From Leptogorgia sarmentosa (lineage: Eukaryota), in assembly GCA_964658305.1 (NCBI GenBank), contig OZ210885.1, positions 17,112,001-17,176,000 on the forward strand: DNA of 64,000 bases, read 5' to 3'. The notes below the pieces were generated by a model. It saw nothing but the letters and a program-made list of their open reading frames with translations, did not search any database and had not been told where the DNA came from. Below are positions 21,651 to 34,513 of this stretch, one piece after another. The stretch's first letter is position 1; the number at the start of each line of letters is the position of its first letter. Made by a program: the position numbers and the translations under genes.

Positions 21651-24099
21651 GATATTAGATTGTGGGTTCGAATAGGTGCAAAATCCCACCACTGCCACCA
21701 AATGTTACGCTCCGGCCTCGACAGTTTCAGAGGTTCACAGGCTCCTAGCTTCAAACAACTTTTTATTCGGAAAATGTACAAGGAATATCATACCGTTACA
21801 CCTATTTACTGCACTTATATACATTACCAACTACTTTACATATTTACATAATCATACAAACGTAATCCCCTGTATTGTCAACGCGCCCCCAGGCGCATAT
21901 TTTAATATACACAACAATATTTCCAAATAGTCCAATTAATATGTCAAATTTGTATGAAATTTATAAATAATCATCTCAAATACCCTAACAAATTTGTTAT
22001 TTTACCGAGAAGACCTTTACAGATCTTGTACTAGTTGTTTGGCAACGAAAACGTCCTAATACATTTTCAAAACACTGCAGCTTTCGGGCAGCAACTTGTC
22101 AAAAGCCATTGCCAATTGCTCAGAAGACTCCGAGCAATTTACAAATCAATATTGCAACGTTGCTTTACAATATTGCTCACAAGAGAACATACGGTTTGAA
22201 TATGTAGCATAAATTGCAGTAAAAATGCCTAACAAAAATGGTTCAAAATGTACATATATATATAATGAAAAAGAGATAATTTGCAATGACAATCCAATCA
22301 TAACCCTTTCATCCAGATAATTACATTATATACAGTATGTACATAATACACATGTGAACAAAGCAATTCTAAGCAGTTGCACTTTAATTGATATACATGT
22401 GCTGTACCTTCATTGAGTTTTGCCTGATCCTCATCATTTAAATCACATGATGCTGATGAATCGGCTGAAGAGGTAGAAGGAAGGATCTTGTTGGGGTTGT
22501 CTGTCTGGTCTTTAATGATGATTGTGGGGCATTTTGTGGCGAAAACTGTTCTTAGTGGATAAATTACAACTGAAAAGAAAATTAATGTATTAATATTATC
22601 ATAAGCACTGTAATATCATGACATCTCCATAAGTAGATTAAATCTCACAGGAAGTTAGGGGGGGTTGAAAGTCACAAGGACAAAGCCTGAGGCAAGTCAA
22701 AGGGACTTCAACAAACCTACAGTACTGAAGCTAACACAAACATCACAAATTTCTATGATGTAAGTAGAATTTTTTCATGAGGGAGAAATTTATAAAAATT
22801 ATTAAAATGTTAATATATAGTATATGACTAAGTGTGTCATATGAAATAGTGACATTTCCTGGACTTCCCAGATACAATATGACATTTTTTGGAAGAGTTG
22901 AGGGGGAGAATACGTGTTTTACCCATGAACTTGTTAAAATGGTTTGGGGAAAAAACAAAATATTTTAAGCAGGTTGTCTTGAGTGCATATAAGATATCAT
23001 AATGTCAAATTTTTGAAACTGAGTACTAGAAATGAGAAAAAACTGAGTACTCATGAAAAGAAATGGATTTTAGTGTTGATATTCTAATGATTCTACTGCA
23101 AAGTCTCGTAAAGTGTGCCTTCATTGTAAGCTAGAGGCACACTTGTAAGAGAGAGGCACAATGTGTGCACTCACTCATAGTGTTACACTAAGGTCACTCA
23201 GACAAATTTATGTTGTAGTTTGTCCTTTCCATATAATATAGAAGGCAACTCTAGTTGTAACTGATAATCGGTATCTATTGAGATCCTTTCAGTTCTTCCA
23301 TCTTTTTTGTCTCCCTATAATTGAAAATACACTTATGTGTTGATGCAGTGATGTCTATTCACTGATTTAAATACACATAACTAAACTCACCTATTCAATT
23401 CCACTTGTAAATTTGTGCCTAGACCCAAAGCCTTCGCTATGCCTCTGATGCCAGCATGCTCACTATGAAAATAGTTATAATATATCATGTATGATGTAGT
23501 ATAAGTATTAGTTTTACTAATTAAAAAGTAATCGAAAGTAGTTTGTAAATTAAATCATATAAATCTAGAGGAGAAAAACAGTTCTGTTTGCAATCATTAA
23601 CTTCGCCCCTTATACACCTAAAAATGCTAATTTTTATTTAAATTTTATTCAAGTGTAAATTAATTAAAATTCACGATTCACAGTCATTTAATTAATAGTT
23701 CATTACCAAACAGTGTCCTTCAGTTTGATAATCCATTTCGCTTCCTTGCTTACACGGCACCTGAATTTATTTTTCTTTCGATAATTCTCCCCTCCCTTTT
23801 CCTTCCTCATAAAATAATGCCACGCAGTCAAACGATAACCTCCTCATTTTCTTGTCTTTCTTCGACTCGACTGTCCGCCATTTGCATTTTTGTGCGCCAT
23901 GTGCACTTTGGATATATATGGATACCAATGGTTATGATCGTCAAGTTATCAGATTCCCGAAAAATCCTCAAGATCCAGAAATATCCTAAACATGTGTCGC
24001 ATTCCAAAACGAAGCAAGGTAGACAAGGTAGCATGGCTTCTCGGGTCCTCAAGCAAGGCAACAGTGAAGCGGAAAACATTATTTAAGCCAATATAAGGA

Positions 24100-24253
24100 T
24101 AAACTTACCGAATACCGTGTATTAAAATGCCACAATACCGCGTACCACACGACTAGATAAAACCGAAATAGTGCTCTTAAAAAATTATATTACCGAAATA
24201 CCGCATAAAAAATATCTGAAAACCATAATACCGAAAACCCCAATGTCCCCCTC
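24100..24253. repeat. Probable single DNA-transposon terminus with (A)ATACCG subterminal repeats
   Basis: Repeated ATACCG/ACCGAAA motifs ending in CCCCAATGTCCCCCTC; partner end not found. Confidence 0.4.
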
Positions 24254-24387
24254 AATAGACACTGTAAAAACTGGGCCTGTGTATATAGTATCGATGATAG
24301 AAATATTCATGTTTCGCTACAAACTTCTCTTATTGACACTTGAATAGTAACAGATTTATTTTCCTGTAACTATTTATATTTATGTTA

Positions 24388-25935
24388 TTCGAGCAGAAAC
24401 AAAAGTAGCATTGCTACTTGCGAAGAACAACATTCCAATGTCATTTGCAGACAAGCTAAGCAATATATTCAAGGATATTTTTCCTGATAGCAAGGTAGCA
24501 AAAGAGTATGCATCAAAGAGAACAAAAGCAACATGCATTTTGAATCAAGCATTAGCACCCCACTTTCTGAAAGAAACAATAGAAACGATGAAAAGCTATG
24601 TTTTTTCATTATCACCTGATGGTTCGAATGACAGTGATTTGGAAAAAATGAACCCGCTCACCGTCCAACTTTACGATGTCAACAGAAATCGAACTGTAAC
24701 ACGATTTTTAGACATGTGCTGTACATCTGGAACTGGCTGCGGCTTAGCCAGTACAATTTTTAATCAAATTGACACTAATGGTGAGGTGGCTGAGCCTTGA
24801 ACGAGCAGTGGAACGTATTCTGAAGCAGTATGAAGGTCTGAAGAGTTACTTCTTAAGTGAAAGTGAACCCTGTCCAAGGTTTAAACGCCTTAAGAAACAC
24901 TTTCAAAGCCCCATGACAGAAGTATACCTTCTCTTTTATAATCCATCGTTCACAACAACAAATCGGTTACTGCAACGAGAAGATCCTTGCATATATTTAA
25001 TCCATGAAATGTTGGAGAACTTTATGAGGCAGATAATGGCTAAATTTATTGTGCTTGATGCCATTAAGTCTGCAGAAGAATTAACAAAAGTGAACATGTC
25101 AAAGATCCGTCGCTAATGTTCATGGGCATCGTAACTAAAGCTAAATTAAATAAACTTTTCAATGAGGGTGATATTGTTGAAGACGAAAAAGTAACGACAA
25201 GAAGGGGACGAGTGATAAAGAAGCCAGCACGATATCGGAACGAACGATGAGCGATGAAATCCGAGCTATATATTAATAGTTGTAATAATTTAATTACGTA
25301 TGCCCTGCTGGGGGTATAATAAGATATAGATTTTAGAGGCGCCATATTGGATTTTTGAACTGAAGAAAATAGGATTGAATTGAAAGGAATTGAACGAGGA
25401 TGTAATGTATGTTATGTTGATATTTTGTTGTTAAAATAAAACCTTTTGGAACTGAACAGATATCAGTAAGAATGAAAAAGATGTATTTCTAGCAGGAATT
25501 GTCCAATTCTATTGCTCTGTCATAAAGTATGGCCTTGAGAAACTTCCTTTACCTGACGACGTACTGATCCACTCTGTATTTGTAAACTTTAGCAGACGAG
25601 AGAGTTGCAGATTTGCAAATGTTGAGTTTTTTATTGAACGATTTGGACTATGTTTTAGCTCTCGGGAACTTAACTCTCTGCAGGAGGAGTTCATCTCATA
25701 CCAGCTTCTTAATGAAGAAGACATTCCTAAATTTGTTTGGGATGATGCTTGTGTTGTTGATGCCGATGGTGACGAAGTAAAGAAGCATTATAGAATGGAT
25801 GTGAATTGGGGCTACCTATCTACCATGAGAGCAATAGATGGAGAATTTTTGTTTAAGAGACTGTTTAAAGTAGCAAAACTTATTTTAGTGTTACCTCATT
25901 CAAACGCAGGTGAAGAAAGAGTTTTTAGTATGGTG
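24388..25935 (+). pseudogene. Decayed hAT-superfamily transposase
   Basis: FPDSKVA..RTKAT; DGSND; VRWLSL; C-terminal LPHSNAGEERVFS; internal deletion near 24778; split by a solo LTR. Confidence 0.85.
25175..25458 (+). mobile_element. Solo LTR (284 bp), 5-bp TSD GATAT
   Basis: TGTTGA...TGAACA; GATAT at 25170-25174 and 25459-25463; AATAAA near the 3' end; removal restores hAT reading NEGDI-SKNEKDVF. Confidence 0.88.
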
Positions 25936-26329
25936 TTTAGTATGAAACAAAAATATAATGTCCTAAAGTTAAAACATTTCAAAACGTCTTATGCGAATAT
26001 TTTACATCAAATCACCTCCGCGAGATGGTCGGACACCTCATTCACTCGTATTCAGTGCCTCAACAGCGCATAACACTAACCCAAACACTAATCCTAACCC
26101 TGACATTAAACATTGACAAAATAATATGTGCGCGTATTTTCAAAATGAATAAAAATTTGTTTGAAATTAAAGGTCGAAAAAAATAAGGAAAAAATATTGT
26201 ACCCCGATGGCGATCGAACACTGGCACAGAAATCTGCACCCTTGCCATTACACTGACTGCTCCAGATGCTTGATCTGCAATTTAAAATTATTATTATGCT
26301 TATTTCTAAGCTAGTGCTGTTCATGCCTG

Positions 26330-27152
26330 TAGTAATTAAGAAATAGAAAACATTTTCCGTGTTTCTATAGAGCTTGGCAATCCCAAACTTACACAAGTGT
26401 TTCTATAACTTATAGGAACACGGAAAAAATGTTTTCTATTTCCATTTTATAAAATAGCCTTTTAAAAACACGGGCGTTGAGTGGTTGAAGGCTCAAAAAA
26501 CTGTGTTTCTATAGCACTTTAGTACAAATTTTCAAGTGACTATAACATTTCCTGCAATCTGATTGGTTAAAATTTGCTGTCTCTGGTGTTATAGTCACTG
26601 GGCAGTGACTATAAAGATTTTTCATAATTAAAATTCAAAATGGCCGCTCGGTTTGCTGAAGTTTCGCAGGAGGAAATTGACAACATTAAACAAGAAAGCA
26701 TCCCCAGGAAAGTTAAACAAGTGAAAATATGGTTTAAAAATCTTTCAAAGTAAAATATTTTATTTATTGTTATTTTTATGCAACAAAACTGGCTTTTTTC
26801 ACTAGCGATATGAGCGTGAATTATTTTATGTAAACAAACTATAAGCAAAGTAAACAAAACTTGAATTTCTACTTAACAGACAGTTTGAATCAAATCAGTT
26901 TGACCTGGGAATTTATACAAAAACAATTAGTCGCCTCAGGCTTCGGTGATTAAGCGCCTTGGTGACTATCAGCTTGTAATCACCTCGCCTTCGGCGACTA
27001 ATTGTTAAATAGAAACACGTGTGGAATTTTGGAGAAATGAGAAATTCTGTGGGAACATGAGCACGAAGTGCGAGTGTTTCCACACCACTTCGAGTTTCTC
27101 CCAAACTTCTCAACCAATCAACGCCCATGTTTTTAAAAGGCTATTTTATAAA
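26330..27152 (+). mobile_element. Non-autonomous Crypton-like (tyrosine recombinase) element relic
   Basis: ~43-bp inverted repeat 26446-26486 / 27111-27152; stub MAARFAEVSQEEIDNIKQESIPRK at 26640 resembles N-termini of animal Crypton recombinases; hairpin-rich segment 26925-27010. Confidence 0.5.
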
Positions 27153-27957
27153 GTGAGATGTCCGACCATTTCGGAGTGTCCGACGCCGAATATGAGCTAT
27201 ACGGTGTAAAAATTATCAGTCACCAAAGCCCATGGGTGTATTACTCTGCTTGAGCTATTTAAACTTTTAATTTTAGAAATCATGGAATTCCAACGTACAT
27301 TATTGAGGTACGATTACCGTGGAATAACGTTCGTGAGACTAGATGGATTGTTTGTAGCGGGGAATATAATATACAAGTGGAAATTATCGTTACTGGCTTT
27401 GCCCATCATGAGACAGGAAATCTGTCAGAACACGATGGTAATGTATTAAGTTGAATGGAAATATGAATATTTATTATTTGTTGGGAATATTTGTTGAGAA
27501 GGGATTGCGTTGAGGTTCTCATATCTGTTCGGTAGTTGCGAATGCAATTTTGAGTTATGACATAACCATTGAGTATTGAAAACACATATATTATGACCTT
27601 GTGACATTACACTAATTTATGCCACTTCTGCCTGAAATGGGAATACACGCGTAGGTTTGTTATATCCGCCTCAACTTTCGGCAGAAAATACATTTGTGCC
27701 CTAATTCCTCATATCCGACAAGAAACGAATCAGTAACTGTTTATGATAGCTATGACAAAATTTTGTGCAAAATTCAATGTGTTCACATAGATCTGCAGAC
27801 ATGCATGCATGTTCATTCGGCCATAACACTTCATCAGTGCAGTTTTACATGTCTAAAACCATTTTCGAATCTGAATCATTTTCACATCATTCTCTCAAAC
27901 GCCAATCCCCCTCACCCCCGGTTCAATATTCAGTTGTAATTGGGGAGGGGTGCATGT

Positions 27958-28262
27958 TAAAAAAACAATCTGTAAAAACTCGATCTGTTTCGGACACAAA
28001 GAGACACTATATTAGCAACCGCCGAAAGAGAGGGCTGCTGCTATATTTTGGAATGCAGCCTGACAGCTTTTTTTTTAAATCAGTTCTTTATTATGAATTA
28101 ATTTCAAAAGAAATCCGTCGAACAAAAAGCCAAAACATGAATATGCACACCCCTACCCACCTTCCAATTAACGTTCTAGCGGCGGCTCTATCTTTCTGCG
28201 GTAGCTAATATAGTTTATCTTGGTGTCCAAAACAGATCGAGTTTTTAATACTTTTTATTTAC
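27958..28262. mobile_element. Short palindromic MITE-like element
   Basis: AAAACTCGATCTGTTTCGGACACAAAGAGACACTATATTAGC.. mirrored by ..GCTAATATAGTTTATCTTGGTGTCCAAAACAGATCGAGTTTT; ends approximate. Confidence 0.6.
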
Positions 28263-28590
28263 TTGATGTTTGAATAATTTGGCTGTACCACTATGCCCAT
28301 GGCTCACCTCTGACAAGAATTAAAGTGCTTATATCACAATTTTTTTTTTGATTTTCGAGTAGAGGACGAAAATTTAGTTACTACTCTCTTTTACATTTCT
28401 CGGTTTTGTCTTTTCATTCGCGAGATATACGGCCGTAAATCTTAAAAAATCGGCTTTTAGTGAAAAATTGTCGCGCTTTAGAAAAAACCGGAAAAGGGTC
28501 TGGGGCGATGGGCTTGTGACGTAGCTTAAGGAACGGAAGTTCGAATTTACATGTGAAGCTGTGCTAAGAAGTTATTGAGAAGACAGCAAA

Positions 28591-28944
28591 ATGCCGGATA
28601 GATGTGTGGTCTTTGGTTGTTCAAACCGTGCAAATGCAGAAAAAGGGATCTCACTTCATCGCATTCCGTTTTGGAATGATGATCGCCCTGAAGCGAAACG
28701 AAGGAGGAAGATTTGGGTGAACTTTGTCGCGACAAAGCGTGCGAAATGGACCCCATCAAAATTCTCCGCTATATGTTCGGAACATTTTAATTCGGAGGAT
28801 TACGAGAAGTACCTTGTTGAGATACCTGGAACAAAGGACCATACGCCTCGATTAAAGAAGGATGAAATAGGTATTGTTGTGTATCCGACCAAATTTGCTA
28901 GGAGCAATCTTCAAGACGAAGTCTCTCCACGTGACAAGCGTCAG
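28591..28944 (+). CDS. THAP-domain exon of Kolobok 1 transposase
   Basis: MPDRCVVFGC..W..CSEHF..YPTKF (C2CH THAP signature); ends at CAG|GTATGT donor. Confidence 0.8.
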
Positions 28945-29673
28945 GTATGTTAATCATTTTGCGTTTTGTTTCGACAAATATATGGACGTTTTTCTAGATA
29001 TTATTTATAAGTGTGTGTTGACTTTTATGGTTAGGAAAAAAGAAACTCAAGTTGATGCTGGATGAAGCATCTTCATCGCAGTCTCATGAATGTGAACCTG
29101 GTGGTGATGAATATGACGCCAATGTAATGTCATCTGATTGTGTTGTCGATGATCCTGAAATTGTCACATCCCTTCCGTTCGGCCAGGTAAGGCTTTGTTT
29201 GTTAGGTCGAATTGTATTAATCTAATCGTTGCTATCAATGTTATATGATATTTACAAACTACAATTATTATACTTCCAGAAGTTTGTTGACAGTGAAACC
29301 CAAACAGAAGAATGTGCGGGATGCAAAAGTCTGTTGACAAAAATCAAAAGATTGAGGAGCAGTTTACAGTCAGCAAATATTAAATTGTCAAAAGATTGAT
29401 TGGCACAAATGACTGATGAAGATATTTGAGTGTGCCATATATAGTATATGATATCAGTCTTGAAAGTTGCACCCTATCTAGCAGGTTGATAGAATATCAA
29501 ACTAATCCCTCCACATCTGTCTAGATAATACCAACCCAAACTGTCCAGAATCTAGCCATGAACCATGTGATGAAATCATGAAGTCATCTGACATTGATTC
29601 AGACACAGACGATGAATACATTCTGGAAGAAGAGGACAGCGCGGATTTTTCAGAAGACAGTGACGATGATGTT

Positions 29674-32600
29674 CAGGGTTGGAAATAACGGCCGGTGACC
29701 AGTAATTACCGGCCAAATTTAGATAAATCACCGGCCAAATAGATATATCAATAGTAAAGTAATCGCAAACAGGTTTCGTATAGTTTACTGACTGGAAAAT
29801 TGCATAGAAATAAAGAAGTTTGGTCATTACGAGTCTCAAGGAATTAAACGGAAGTATATACGTACCAAATCGATTAATTTTAACAAGGGTAAAAGAAAAA
29901 TCCATTAATGAACCCTTGCTTAATTTCGATAGTGAATTTCGATAGTGTTTTTCGAAGCGCCATCTTGAATTTTCTTGTGATTACAAATCAGAACTACTTC
30001 ATATATGGTGCACTAAAATGTATCTTCCGCTGGATATTGAGTGTGCAGGCGCTTGCGTCCTGAAAAGGACGGGAATTAGCAATTTTTTCGCAACATAATA
30101 ATGGCGAACAAACTTCCAAAACCAGGAACTTTTCAAAGGTGGAAAACTGAGTTTAAATGGCTTGAAATTAAGGACAATCGCATGTTCTGTAAAACATGTT
30201 CAAAATGGCGAGAAAGTATAGTTTCAACAAGAAACTATAATGATACATTTGTGAAAGAAGGGAGTGTTAACTGGCAGAAAAGTGCAGTTAAAGAACATGA
30301 TACCAGTGTACCACATGTCACTGCGATTGATTATGAGCAGCGATCAGTTATGGGGGAAAACTATCGCAAACAAGTTGTCAATAGAATACCAGAGAACAAT
30401 CCGTTGAAGCAATCCTTTGCGTGAATGTCTGAAGATGAGCGTGAGCTGTTTGTGCGATCGTTCGAAATTGCCTATTTACTTGCAAAAAAGGCAAGGCCTT
30501 ACTCAGATTTCCCGGATTGGTTAGAAATGGAAAAAAGGCATGGTGTTAAGTTTCCTGCAGCTTATGATCATAGAAATGCGTGTAAGGAATTTATTCACTA
30601 TATAAGTGAAACAATTTTCAACGAACATGTCAAGAACAAACTGCTTCGTGCTAACTTTCTTACTGTACTGTGCGACAGGTCTACCGATACCAGCATCGTA
30701 GAGAAGGAACTGATTTATGTTGTATTTGTTGACCCAGACACATTTGTACCAATGTGTTCGTTCTTTGCTCTCAAAGATCCTGTTTCCCAAGATGCGAAGG
30801 GCATTAAGCAAGCCATTGAAATGGCATTTGAAAAAAGAGGGTTACGTGACCTGTTAAGAAAGTTGGTATTTTTGTCTTCTGACGGTACTGCCACAAACTC
30901 TGGATTGGTCAATGGACTGATCACTCTTTTTAGGAAAGATTTGCCTTGGGTTGCATTTGTGTGGTGCTTTTCCCACCGTCTTGAATTATGTTTGAAGGAT
31001 GCTTTGTCTTCTGAGTTGGAACAAATTGAAGAGTCACTCAGATACTTGTTTTACATGTACAAGAACAGCTCAAAGAAAGTCCGGGAACTTACAGTCTTGT
31101 ATCACATCTTGCAGAATGTGTACGAATTTGAAAACAATCAAGTAAGACCAGCAAAGTCTGGCGGTACCAGATGGATTGACCATAAACTGAGAGCCTGTTC
31201 ACAGATGGTTGATAAACTGGGGGTTTATGTGCAGCACATAGAGAACATTATTGCAGACACGTTGAAAAAAGCGTGTGACCGTGAAGCGCTGCCTGGGAAA
31301 CTAAGGAAGCTGAAATGTGCCTCATTACTGCTCAGAAGTGCACTGCTGATTGACCTACTTGACTCTGCAAGAAAATTCAGTGTGATCTCTCAAAAGGCTG
31401 AAGTAAACATTCTGTTAATTCTCGATTCATTGGACGACACACTGCTTCATTACCAAATGTTGTATATAAAGCTCAAGAAAGATCCAGCCCGCGTGTTCAA
31501 GCTTCCTACGGTGAAGAACGTTTTGTCACAAATTGAAGAAAGTGTTTACAAGGGAGTGAAGCTTACCAACGTGCTGCATGATGTCTGTAGAGTTCTACGC
31601 ACTTCAGTCTGGATAAATTCAACTGATCAACCACTTAGCTGGGAGGAACTGTCGTCTCGCTTCTGTAATCAAATCACATCACTTAAGCGAATTTATGAAA
31701 GGTTTCAGCCAGTTCTTGGCACTGATTCAGATATAAATTCTGACATTCTGGAGGAACAGTACTTACAGCTTGTCAAGTATACCTGCGACTCTATGGGAAA
31801 CAATATAGCTAGCATGGAACCTTTACAGTTGTGGCCAACTCTCAAGCAAATCAAAGGTGAATCCTACCCAGAACTGTTTTCTGTGATTGAACTGTGTCTT
31901 TGTGCTCCATTCTCCAATGCAACCTTGGAGAGATTTTTCAGCCATATGGCTGTAGTGAAGAATGACTGGCGAAATAGGCTTGGTGAAGAAGCTCTTGAGG
32001 ACAACTTGCGCATTCACATTTCTGGTCCTGATGTGGCAAAATTGCCAGAATCACAAGTAATCATCAAAGCTGTGACAAATTGGTATAATGACAAGCCCAG
32101 GAGACTGAACCAGAAGAAGAGAAAGAAGTACAAAAAACGAACAACTTCCAAGAAACCAAACCTTGACAAAGATCCTGGCTTGTTCCTGAACCTATCAGAT
32201 GCAGTGACCTGGGACAATGATGTAGCGGATAGTGAAAGCAGCAGTGAGGAGGAAAATACTGATACATTACATAGTCAAGAGAATGATAAGCACACGTAAA
32301 TAAATTACTATCTTTCCAGAGGCTGCAGAATAGTTTGTAATGTGAGCCCACAAACTAAGACCTCAATCACAGTTTCAACTCAAAAACTGATGAGGGTGAA
32401 AGCACCAAATTTTGAAGGACTGCTTTCCATGTTAAAACCTTTATCTACAGAGTTACTGAGTCATACTGAATGTATTAGTCTAATTATTAGTGTTGTAATA
32501 GAACAATGTATTCCTATGTAGCTGGACTCATCCCCAAGCACTGCAGTGTGTCATGTAAGAATCTGCATTGCATTAGCACGTAATTTATGTCAAAGTTGGT

Positions 32601-32978
32601 GACAGAGTGAGACATTGATAAGCAAGTTAATTCTTGTTTCCTGTAATATTTTATTGCAAAAGTTCACACTCAAGACAGTTGTAGTTGTAGTTAATAAACT
32701 GTTGATATTGTTATGTAGCCAGTAGGGTGTATATTGATATTTAATTACACATTGATTTTTTAATAAGTGTCTTGAACGATTATTGATAGTGATAGTCCAT
32801 ATGACTTCAATTTTTACAGGAGGAGGCAGTAGGCGTTTTCTAATGTAGCTTCCCCCCCCCCCATCACCACTGATGATGCCATGATTTTTTGCTTTTAAAA
32901 AAACACCGGTCAAATATTTTGCCTTGTCAAATTTGTAAAAATTACCGGTCAAATTTGTTTCCCTTATTTCCAACCCTG
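29674..32978 (+). mobile_element. hAT transposon with 5-bp TSD ATGTT (hAT5-like), inserted in a Kolobok 1 exon
   Basis: TIRs CAGGGTTGGAAATAA / TTATTTCCAACCCTG; ACCGG(T/C)CAAAT subterminal repeats; ATGTT on both sides. Confidence 0.92.
30101..32299 (+). pseudogene. hAT transposase (ZNF862-like) with an in-frame stop at 30422
   Basis: N-terminal W..MFCKTC..H..H finger; CDRSTD, SDG, CFSHRLEL, TRW, SNATLERFFS. Confidence 0.88.
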
Positions 32979-34513
32979 ATGTTGGTGAAGATGAAGAAGA
33001 TGAGATATTTCATTCAGTTAAAAGGTATGGAATGAATACCTTGTCTAGATTTGTCTGTGATTTAATCAGATTTTATCTTTCAGATCAGAATAATGCTGCA
33101 TTGATTATCAGATGTAGTACTGTGTGATGTAGTACGGTGGTCACTAACATAAAAATGAACAGTGCAAATAAATTTACGAATATCAATGTGTTTTTTTATT
33201 CTCTAGAGAGGATATAACAGACAATATCCACAAGCAGCCAAAGTTTGTTGTGTTCCTAACACAGTTGCTGTTGCTGTTCAAGACATGCTTTTTTTGCCAT
33301 CGAAAGGAGCCTGTATTGAAAGTGTCACAAGTCGGAACAATGGTGACAATAACTACCAGCTGCCAAAACCCAGAATGTAGGAAAGATTTTGTTTGGAAAA
33401 GCCAGCAACTACTGCCAGGGACAAAGATTTATGCAGGAAATTTCTTGTTATCCTTTGCTATCTTGGTAGCTGGTTCATCAGCAAGCAAAGTTTTACAAGT
33501 CATGAAGCACATGGGACTTGCTTGTATTTCTTTGCCTACATACTTTCGACATCAAAAAGTAAGTACCGGTAATGTTAAAACACTAAAAATAAAAAGCACG
33601 AATACTATGAGATGTGTCTATATTTATAAATTTAGATTATTTAGTAGGTATATATAAAGTCATAGTATACCTAACATTGAATGTACTTAAGTGATATTGA
33701 TAAATTGCCTTTTTAGCTCTTTTTTTCATTTTCATAGAAAATCCTAATGCCTTCCATTCATATGCATTGGAAGGAATACCAGAAAAAAGTTGTCAGTCAG
33801 GCTAAAGAAGCTGGCTCCTTGGTTTTGGCGGGTGATGGTCGCCATGATAGTATGGGACATTGTGCAAAATATTGTGCATACACCATATTTAGCTGCACCA
33901 CATCCATCATTATTCACTTTTCTCTAGTACAGGAGAATAATAATAAAAAGTTTTGTAGGATATCTAAACACTTTCTGGCCAGGTATATATTGATTATGTA
34001 GAGATCTAGTATTCTCTGTAACTGAATGCATCTTGTTTTACTTACAGCGAAATGAAGCAGGTAACAGCCCAGCAATGGAATTTTTAGCATTCCAAAACTG
34101 TATGGGGTTCTTGTCGGCTTGTGAAGTGGTGATGTCAAAGGGGAAGTCTACCCCCGCAATAAGTTTAGTTCATATAAAAGGCCTTACGTTGATGACATTC
34201 GCTACGAATTATTTTTTCTGAATTCTTTTTCGTTTCCGAAATATTCTATATGGTTTACTTCGAAAAATGCAAATAGAAAGTCGCCATATTGCCTTTTTTC
34301 GTAGGCGCAGTAATCGTCAGCGGTCAATTTTGTGACGTCACAGGAGTGCCTCTGTGCAATCTTGCATGCTTCAAAACAATACTCGAAAGTAGAAATTACA
34401 AATATTTTATGCAAAATTTCATTGAAATTAGTCTATGTTACTGTTATATTTTGCGCCGGAGGCAAGTTATTTTAGAATTGCAAGATACCATTTCTGATTT
34501 TCGTTACTCCTCA

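Larger units (their letters stand above)
11371..21916 (-). mobile_element. Ty3/gypsy LTR retrotransposon B (outer), decayed, 4-bp TSD ATAT
   Basis: 5' LTR 21703-21916 (TG..CA, 214 bp); 3' LTR split into 11371-11462, 15885-15926 and 17194-17287; ATAT at 11367-11370 and 21917-21920; PBS TGGTGGCAGTGGTGGGAT (tRNA-Leu-like) at 21683-21700; PPT GGGAGGGGAGTAG at 17288-17300. Confidence 0.93.
28324..34138 (+). mobile_element. Kolobok element 1 (left part only), decayed multi-exon THAP-DDE transposase
   Basis: TTAA|AG candidate start; THAP exon; exons at ~33207-33558 and ~33738-33930 with AGDGRHDSMGHCAKY; RNEAGNSPAMEF; ends abruptly at element 2. Confidence 0.75.

Noticed and set aside
21960..24086. 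Possible minus-strand gene remnants (MADSRVEERQ..; exon-like pieces near 22410-22570 and 22000-22180)
   Set aside because: Stops present, no recognisable domain and no consistent gene model
26065..26102. Telomere-like CTAACC motifs
   Set aside because: Only two or three degenerate units inside a repeat element; not a telomeric tract
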